In this document: positions 55,210-64,000 of the stretch, piece after piece
How positions within the stretch are numbered: position 1 is the first letter of the stretch
How the letters are laid out: every line of letters begins with the position of its first letter
NCBI GenBank assembly: GCA_951406725.2
Contig: OX597818.1
Location: forward strand, 92,070,001-92,134,000
Origin: Octopus vulgaris
Taxonomy: Eukaryota
Direction of reading: 5' to 3'
DNA: 64,000 nucleotides
Translations under genes and position numbers: made by a program
Notes under the pieces: model-generated
The model's database searches: none
Told to the model about the DNA's origin: nothing
Seen by the model: the letters and a program-made list of their open reading frames with translations, nothing else

Positions 55210-55467
55210 CATATATACATATATACATATATACATATATACATATATACACACTCACATACACACATATACATAGTGAATAAGTTCGATAAACACTAAG
55301 TTTTAATGTGGTATATTGTAGTGAAAAATACAAAAGAAGAAAAGTATGTCTATATGTCAACCGGTTTTGATTGTGCCAATCATTATTAAGTTAGTGGGAT
55401 AATTTTAGAATTTCATGCTTTTGTAAGAAGCGTTCATTCATATATGTAACCGTGTGTAACTGGCTTA

Positions 55468-55742
55468 TAACAGTTTACATAAAGTAACCGTACTCGGCTT
55501 CCTCGTCAACCTTCCGGAACCTGGCGCATACTTTCCTAACTCTGTCCTGAGAAAAATTTCGAAAACTTCTATGATCTTCGCCACCAGTCCAATCTTGGTG
55601 TTTCAGGTAGAGTGGATGGTGTCTTTCGCAACCGTACCCCACACATAGTAATCCATGGGATTACAATAGGAATTAAGATGCCAGAAATTGGGAATAGTGA
55701 AATTGTAGATATTCTCGGACAATCACTTCTGACTTTCTCCGG
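55468..55742 (-). mobile_element. maT/DD37D-like transposase C-terminal relic (not in the ORF track)
   Basis: On minus: ESQK*LSENIYNFTIPNFWHLNSYCNPMDYYVWGTV...VRKVCARFRK..AEYGYFM*. Confidence 0.75.
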
Positions 55743-55937
55743 CTTTCAGTTGCCTTTGTCAACAAACTTTTTCTCAACTACCACTTAATATTTATGCTTT
55801 TCACTGCCGTTGACTGTTCTCCAATGCATTAAGTTATTCCTGAAAAAAAGGGAATTTAGCTGCCCGAATACTTTCATTCTTTGAGGTTTTATCTTTATAT
55901 GTACATTACATATACATATACACATACTCTCTCTATA

Positions 55938-55972
<35 letters not shown>

Positions 55973-55996
55973 ATATCTCTGTCTCTCTCTCTTCCC

Positions 55997-56028
<32 letters not shown>

Positions 56029-56576
56029 CCTTTGCACACTTATACAAACATACATACATACACACATACATACACTCACATACGCATGTTGGTAGATTCA
56101 CATACATTTAAGATTCACATAACGTTCATAAGATGATTTTTTTTTTGGCACATTTCAAAAGACATCAAATTATTGAATACTATTTTGTGTCCGATTCAGT
56201 ATTGTTATGTCTCAGTAGAGTTGTTTATTTTACAGCACACTTTTAAGGCAGGGAGCTGGCAGAATCGTTAACTCATGCGTCTTTACCTTTCGAATTCAAA
56301 TTACGCCGAGGTCAACTTCGCTTATACTTTTTGTGTCGATGAAGCAAATACAAGCTGTGTACCAGAGCCGATTTGATCGACTATCTCTCTTCCAATAAAT
56401 TTCAGGCTTTGTGTCTGTTGTATAGAAGACTGTATAGCATCCATCATTCACAAAATAAACGGTATTATCTTCCTACTTTTTTCTTTTTTTTTTTTTGTCT
56501 TTTGTTCCTTCTCAGCTACATTCCCTACAGTAATACATATAAAAATATATCACTTCGCAAGTTTTTGTTTTAAGTA

Positions 56577-56835
56577 AGATCCCGAAAGTGATCAAAGAGG
56601 AAAAGGATCCCATCACCTTTAAACGGAGTCTGGACTGATTTCTTCAAGGAATACCGGATAGGCCACGCATACCTGGATACAACTCACTCAACAAGAAGTC
56701 ACTAGTTGAATGGACCATAAACAAAACTTGACTTAAACAGGATTTAGATATTTAGATAATCCTATCAGGAGGTGCTATTAAGTTAGACATGGCCTGAACC
56801 AATCTTTGGTCGAAACATATCTAAGTTTTATCTAA
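56577..56835 (+). mobile_element. CR1-clade LINE 3' end with 10-bp TSD
   Basis: PKVIKEEKDPITFKRSLD*FLQGIPDRPRIPGYNSLNKKSLVEW, with an (atctaagtttt)2 tail. gttttaagta occurs at 56567-56576 and 56836-56845. Confidence 0.75.
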
Positions 56836-57419
56836 GTTTTAAGTACAGTTAGAAGTAGTAAAATTAAATCACATTCTTTCTATTTAGCTACTGGAATATG
56901 AAGACTTCAACGACTAAGAGGCATCAAAAGTTTTCACTGAATAGGTTAGTAAAACACGTTCTAGAAATAAATGTGACGGGAGAAAAATTGTAGGAAAAAA
57001 AGAAAACAAGTCGGGGAATACCAGAGAAACAAATGGAAGGTTTATACTACGTCAACGAGGTGAGTATTATACTTCTTAGAAATACATCGACTTATTAAAA
57101 GTAACATCCAAATTGTTATAAAATCGTCTTAAAATAGGGATGGATGCATTAGTTGATTCGCTCCTAGGTACAAAGTGCCAAAGACCGAATTTCTGTCGTT
57201 CAACACTGACTCAGTTATTTGATTAACAGAATTACCTGCTCCAGTATTTACTTACAAGTTGCTGAGAATTCCACAGAGACGTGTATCCTTAACGTTAATG
57301 TTAGGAACAATCAGTGTCACTCTGTATGTAACAAAGGTGTACCATTGAATTACTGGTACAATCCAGCCGAGAGGTTTCTGCACAGTTCCATTGTTTTTAC
57401 ATGTCTTTCTTTCTTTTCT

Positions 57420-57560
57420 CTTTTTACCTGTAACTTTTTCTTGCTTCAGTCCAAGTTAATTGGACGCAAACAAACCAGCACCGGTTGTCAAGTGGTAATG
57501 GAGAACAAACAAGCTCACACATAGACACACGGACAGTTAGACGCAGATTGATAGATAGAC

Positions 57561-57639
<79 letters not shown>

Positions 57640-57805
57640 CATCCTCACGTTTCTTTCAATTTCCACCTGCCAAATCCACTCAGAAGGCTTTTGTTGGTCC
57701 GGGGCTATAGTAGGAAATACTTGCTCAAGGTGCTACGCAGTGAGACAGAACCCGTAGCCATGTGGTTGGGGCGTAAGCTTCTTACGACATATCCAGGCCT
57801 GCATC
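57420..57805 (-). mobile_element. SINE-A, diverged, with (ATAG)n core
   Basis: ccagcaccggttgtcaag and ccaaatccactca..ggggctatagtag blocks. Confidence 0.75.
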
Positions 57806-58464
57806 CCTACATACATATGTAAGACAGGATGGTCGTGATGGCAACGATTTTGATCGTTGCTAAATCAAAACAATATACAGTGCAGTTCAGTCAACATATA
57901 GGCATGATACCACCTGAATTCAAGAGGAAGTATTACCGATCCAAACGCCTGAACACATATGAAATGAAAAGCCACACCACATTAAACACACAAGATGTGA
58001 GGTTAATGGTCCTTTTTTTATGATTTCTTTCTTAATAATAGTTTATTCAGAATTATCTGCCGGATAAAATAGAATTTAATTCTACAGCTTAAAAGAAGAA
58101 AAGAAAAGAGCTTAATCAATAAATGTTGCTATTAGTTTCATTGGTACCACGTGATAGTTTAATCTTTGTCTAGTGACATGTGGTTTAGTTAGGTAAATTT
58201 ATTTATCACGTTTTCACCCTCTCACACTTAATCTGCATCAACGTTTCTCCTCTCATTTTATTGGTCCCCTCTCATTCTTAACGCATTTCTGACTCGTTCT
58301 GTTTTCTTTCACATATTCTTATCTTTCTCTTAATCTTTCTCCTCCCCTCTTTAGTTTAATATTTTCTTCTTCTTCTCACTATATCTCTTTCTCTCTCAAT
58401 CACTATTCGCTCTATCTCTCTTACTCACTCCCCCTCTTTCCTTCCTCCTCTCTCTCCCTCTATG

Positions 58465-58503
<39 letters not shown>

Positions 58504-58937
58504 TTTCACCTAGACAGTTTTACTCCATTTCTTCCCATTTTATTTTCTTTAATTTCTCCTTTTATCTTTCAATTTTCTACTTCCACCTTTTCTTCTGTCA
58601 CTCATAAGAATTTCTCTTCCTATTACCCTCGTTATTTTCGCTTTTATTTTCTTTTTTTCCAGTCTTCCAACTCTCTTTTCCTTTCTTCTTGAATGCCATT
58701 TATCTTTATTTCTTTCTTTTTCCCTTAGACCTTTCTTTGTTCATCCTTCTTATTTCTCTCTCTCTCTTCGTTTCCTCTCTTCTTGTCTTTTCTCTCCCTG
58801 CGTCCCTTTTTATCGCTCTCTTTTCATCAATCTCTTCCATCTTTTCTTTTTTTCTGTAGCTTTTGATCTCCTATATTTTTACATCTTTCCTTCAAAATTT
58901 CATTCTGCATTTTCTTCTTCTTCTTCTCTTTCTTCTT

Positions 58938-58968
<31 letters not shown>

Positions 58969-58977
58969 TTATTATTC

Positions 58978-59034
<57 letters not shown>

Positions 59035-59035
<1 letters not shown>

Positions 59036-59727
59036 GTTTTTTTCCTTCTTTCTACGAATTTTCTTCCGTTTCTCGCCGAGTGTTTTCCATACACCTAGGG
59101 CAGAGAAGGGCATTGTATGCATTCCCAGATTACACGCGCAAATTCACAGATAAAATATGTATTTAAAAATTAATTAACAAATAAATTCATGGATGGATGT
59201 TATTTTCACAGCGATAGTGCTCTTCTCAGTACATGAGCCGTTCCAGTTAATACGATTTTTTGCACTTCCTGTAGAGATGGTAAGCCTGGAATCATTTTCA
59301 AATAGGTTTTAGTACCTTTTTTTTATCATTCCTAGAGATCCTACAATCACTGGTACTGTAGTCGCCTTGAGATGCCACATTTTTTCAATTTCCATTAGCA
59401 GGTCTTTATATTTACTAATCTTGTCAAATTCTTTCGCCGCTATATTGTGATCACAGGGAATACTCATGTCAATTAATAAACACATCCTTTTTGTCTGATA
59501 TTTTATAATAATATCCGGTTTATTAGCTTTTATAGTCCTGTCGGTCTGCACGGGGAAGTCCCATAGAATCGACACATTTTCTCCCTCAGTCACAGCTTCA
59601 GGATGATGTTTATACCATTTGTCAGCGGTTTTGATTTTATAATGTCGACAAATTGTCCGATGTAAATACTGGCCGACTCTGTCATGTCTTGCTTTATATT
59701 CTGCAGGTGCTAAGACTCTACACCCTG
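59035..59727 (-). mobile_element. Dong/R4-clade LINE 3' end (CCHC remnant plus RLE) in (TAA)n
   Basis: GCRVLAPAEYKARHDRVGQYLH..ILWDFPVQTDRTIKANKPDIII..LIDMSIP..KISKYKDL, then a UTR with ccctaggtgtatggaaaacactcg; (ATT)n flanks. Confidence 0.9.
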
Positions 59728-59771
59728 TTGTTATTATTATTAGTAGTAGTATTAGTATTAGTATTATTATT

Positions 59772-59942
59772 ATCCCTTCGTAACACAGTGTAGGTAAAAA
59801 TGCACCAGCGTCTTTAGTCATCTGCCAAGTCACAGCAAGGACCTCAGACAGATAATACTTTCCTTAAAATGTGCGCTGTGCCCAATAAGGCTGCTTTTTG
59901 TAAGACATCAATCTTGCATGGGATTTCCAGTTGCCTTAAGAA
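59772..59942 (-). mobile_element. Third, very short Dong/R4 3' end in (TAA)n
   Basis: On minus: RQLEIPCKIDVLQKAALLGTAHILRKVLSV* followed by ggtccttgctgtgacttggc. Confidence 0.8.
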
Positions 59943-59960
59943 GTATTATTATTATCATCA

Positions 59961-60030
<70 letters not shown>

Positions 60031-60057
60031 CATCATCAGCATCAACATCAGCATCAA

Positions 60058-60138
<81 letters not shown>

Positions 60139-61746
60139 TCACCATTTCCTCGTTCATATTTCTCTCGATTTTTCGTTCTTTCTTTCATCCACTTCTTGTT
60201 CTCTTTTACCCTTTGCTTTTAGCTTTCTTTTCTCGACGCCTCTCTTCTCCTTTCAATATATATTCTCCAAGACATATAATAATAAAATCGTAAGTCAAGC
60301 ATCAGACTATACGTTTGTGTCCCAGTATATGTGTCAAAGAAACAGAAGAGTCACAATAAGAGACATCAGATACGATGTAGATCCATGGTTAGCAATGACC
60401 ATTGTGTCCTCAGTATGGGTAAGTGTTGTCAAAGCAGAATTAACAAAAGATGACTTGTAGAGCGGGTCATCAAAATGGGTTTATAAGGCCTAATGAAACT
60501 CGAAAGCCATAGAATCATCCTGAAAGTGTATCTAGTAGAAAGTACCGAGACAAAACGCAAGAGATTAATGATACAGGACAGAAAGTTACTTGTTAACATT
60601 TGTCGTGGTACGATACACCTTAGATCCGAATACCTCGGAGAACTGCAACGATTAAACAGTTACAGAAAGGGAAAATATCGAAAAGCAACAAGAAAAAGAA
60701 CAGTGGTTCCCAGTTTCTAGACAATATTCTGGGAATAGGAAAGGAAATATCTTAAGGTTCAATATCACAGATAAGCGAGTAAATACACGAAAGGATGAGA
60801 GGCAAAGTTGACCTCAGCGGAATTTGAACTCAAAACTTAAAGGCAAGAGAAATACTATCAAGGCATTTTGTCTAGGACGGTAATGATTCTTCCAACTCGT
60901 CGCCTTAACCACCACAAATAATAACAACAACAACAACAACAACAATAATAATAATATAGGACAGTGATTGACAGAATCCGCTGAAAGCCAATTTAAACAA
61001 GAACGAGTTGTAGAGTGATGTCAATTTAATCGACATTATCACATACTGACAAATTTGAGACCTTGTACCGATCTACCAAATTATTAGTTATTATTTTTCT
61101 ATTACTTCAGTTTCCAAGCGAATCGAATCAAATTTCTACTGTTCTGATTGAAAATCGATGTCTTTTCAATAATTGAAGATTGTTAGCATACAATCAAGAT
61201 ATTTAGTTTATTGATAACAAACTGTCTTCTATTAAGGTTAAAGTTGGAAGCTATTAATCTTTTGGTCACAATCGAGATTAAAATTGTCCATGTATTTAGC
61301 CGAACATTCACATCTAAGTCAAACAATCAACTAAAAACACATTCCTAAGATGCGACGATGTCTCTTTTGACCAACAAAGATATCTACCTTTTGTTTCATT
61401 TAGTTGTTTTTGTTGCTCTATTGTTGATATTATTTTTTTGTCTGCTCCGCTTTTTCTCTTACACTTCAACCCCGTTTTTCTTTCTCTTACTCTTTCTTTC
61501 CTTCTCCTTCTCGGCCCCTCTCTCTTTCTTCAAGCTCTTCAGGTCTGAAAGCACTTATGGTCCTTACTGCTACGTTTGACATTTGTTCTTTCTGCCCATC
61601 CTAAAAAGTTTCATCCATTTTCTGACTGCGCATGCAACAGGATTCAATTCCAGATTAGCTTTAGGGTATCACGGTATCTAGTACTCTCCTCTTTAGAAGA
61701 GCAATCTTCCATTGTGAGCCATACATCCTGTACAGCTTACTTCAGT

Positions 61747-62044
61747 GGAGGCACATGGCCCAGTGGTTAGAGCAGCGGACTCGCGGTCGAGGGATCGCGG
61801 GTTCGAATCACAGACCGGGCGATATGTGTTTATGAGCGAAGCACCTAAACTCCACGCGGCTCCGACAGAGGGTAATGGCGAACTTCTGCTGACTCTTTCG
61901 CCACAACTTTCTCTCACTCTTTCCTCCTGCATCTTGCAGCTCACTTGCGACGGACTGGCATTCCGTCCAAGTGGGGAACCAATACGCCAAGGAAACCGGG
62001 AAACTGGCCCTTATGAACCAGGTGTGGCTCGAGAAGCAACAATC
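61747..62044 (+). mobile_element. SINE-C with V-like 3' domain and ~15-bp TSD
   Basis: tRNA-like head with gggttcgaatc, then gcgacggactggcattccgtcca..gaaaccggga. TSD tacagctta(c/t)ttcag at 61731-61745 and 62045-62059. Confidence 0.88.
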
Positions 62045-62120
62045 ATACAGCTTATTTCAGCTTTCCCGTGCTTGCAATTTCCATCTCTTTCTATATTTAC
62101 ATTGCAACACCTCACTTTAT

Positions 62121-62343
62121 TTACTTTTACTTTTACTTGTTTCAATCATTTGACTGCGACCATGCTGGAGCATCACCTTTAGTCGAGCAAATCGACCCCA
62201 GGACTTATTCTTTGTAAGTCTAGTACTTATTCTATCCATCTCTTTTTCCGAACCACTAAGTTACGGGGGCATAAACACACCAACATCAGTTGTCAAACAA
62301 TGTTAGGAGGACAAAAAAGACACACAAACATACACACACGCAC

Positions 62344-62375
<32 letters not shown>

Positions 62376-62531
62376 GACGGGCTTCATTCAGTTTCCATCT
62401 ACTAAATCCACTCGCAATGCTTTTGTCGGCTCGAGGCTATAGTAGAAGACAGTTGCCCATGGTGCCACGTAGTAGGACTGAACCCGGAACCATGTGGTTC
62501 GTAAGCAAGCTACTTACCACACAGCCACTCT
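62121..62531 (-). mobile_element. SINE-A
   Basis: Near-consensus copy. Confidence 0.9.
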
Positions 62532-63319
62532 TGTGCCCTAAAATAATTTCTGCAATTATTTTAACTCGATTAATGGCCTTTTAAACCCAGCACTGCCAGT
62601 GACACAATTAGTACTTATATAGCGTCTCAGTTGTTTACGCCAGAGGATGAATCTTCTGTCCATGGTACACGTGTCCAATGAGACTAAAGTTAGTTTTCAC
62701 CTTATAACATTTATAGCAACACCTAATATGAAAAGAGAAGTCAATATGTGAAGACGTGAGTTTATTATTGTTATTGTTAGTGGCAGTAGATGTGGTGGTA
62801 GAGGTGGTAGTGGTGGTGGAGGTGTGTAGTGGTGTTTGTTAATCTCAGTTTAACCTTGATACAGTGGACCTTTTATGTAAGTTTCAGTTTTGACCATCCG
62901 ATCTTTTTACTAGGTGTCAACCTCAGAAGTTTCGAAGAGGTTACGTAGAACACTATCAGGTATATTTCCTGCAGACAAAACCAATACGAAAAATCTAAAA
63001 AAGATTGCATTTCTTATTATATCGTTTCATTCAAGAACTCAGAAACTAGTCTCTGGTTGCAGGCTTAGCTGGATGGAGGTGCTTGTCTCCCCCTTGTAAA
63101 CATAAGGACACAGGAAAAGTGTCAAGGCCGACTGGAAGCGTTGATGCTACCTATAAATAGCAGTGGTGTGATTCCCTTCATGGGACTGTCACATTAAGTT
63201 GACAGTATACAACTACTCTATCGTACCACTACTGCTTATATCTCTCTGACATATTTAGAAATATAAAATTCATATATATACAGAGAGTGAGAGAGAGAGA
63301 GAGAAAGAAAGAAAGAAAA

Positions 63320-63404
<85 letters not shown>

Positions 63405-63622
63405 GTGTGTCTTTGCACCTATTTGTCTCACTACCACCACCGCTTGACAACCGTTGTTGGTTTGTTTACGAAATGTACCTTAGCAGTTCGATAAACAAAT
63501 GCTGATAGAATATTACCAGATTTAACTAAACAAAAATACTGTTGTCGATTTGTTCCACTAAAACACTTCAAAGCAGTACACCAGCATGGCCGCAGTTCAA
63601 AGACTAAATCAAGCAAAAGAAA
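63405..63622 (+). mobile_element. SINE-A 3' half, diverged
   Basis: cgcttgacaaccgttgttgg...ccagcatggccgcagt. Confidence 0.7.
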
Positions 63623-64000
63623 AAAATATTCACAATTTTGTTATACTCATGTACGGAAAGAAATAATTTATTTTACAGATTTTTCCTTTTTTTTTTTTTT
63701 TGTACTTTAAAATAAAATCTTGTTTTAATTCTCATACGAAGCACTCTAGTAATTTTTTTTGAATTTCACTCCCCAGGGCATCAGTACGTTTATTAATTGA
63801 ACCTCTGGTGTTCCGATAATAATTATTTATTTAATATCCTCTACGCCACGCAGCCAAAAAAGTGAGAACTACTGAATAGAAATTAATTTAGTTGTCGTGC
63901 TTAAGGGTCGGGGTTACTTTTGTAAATAATGATTTCTGGTTGAGACACACGGCTAGCAATTTTAAGGGAAGGAATTTAGTCGATATATATCTTATTTTAT

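Overview
AT-rich eukaryotic non-genic DNA (intergenic or deep intronic). It is very probably from an octopus, inferred from the tRNA-derived SINE families and the extreme (TA)n/(CA)n/(ATAG)n/(ATT)n load. I found no convincing host exon, rRNA, intact tRNA or CRISPR array, and almost all ORF-track entries are microsatellite artefacts. The window is a transposon graveyard. DNA elements: four mariner remnants, a mariner MITE, a Tigger-like MITE and two maT-type remnants. Retroelements: three Penelope-like (Naiad-type GIY-YIG) fragments, three Dong/R4-type RLE LINE 3' ends in (TAA)n arrays, CR1, RTE and Tx1 fragments, and many SINE copies. Main observations: (1) a 1.63-kb retroposon with a 19-bp TSD that encodes only a near-intact CCHC ORF1 protein and no RT (HAL1-like), whose 3' tail resembles both an adjacent Tx1 LINE end and an abundant SINE; (2) two hammerhead ribozymes with intact cores plus several relics in non-coding Penelope-derived elements; (3) an 851-bp non-coding unit with an identical 277-bp pseudo-LTR; (4) a SECIS-like relic in a Naiad 3' region; (5) templated-insertion and (TA)n fold-back repair scars. 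All calls were made by eye, with no searches run.
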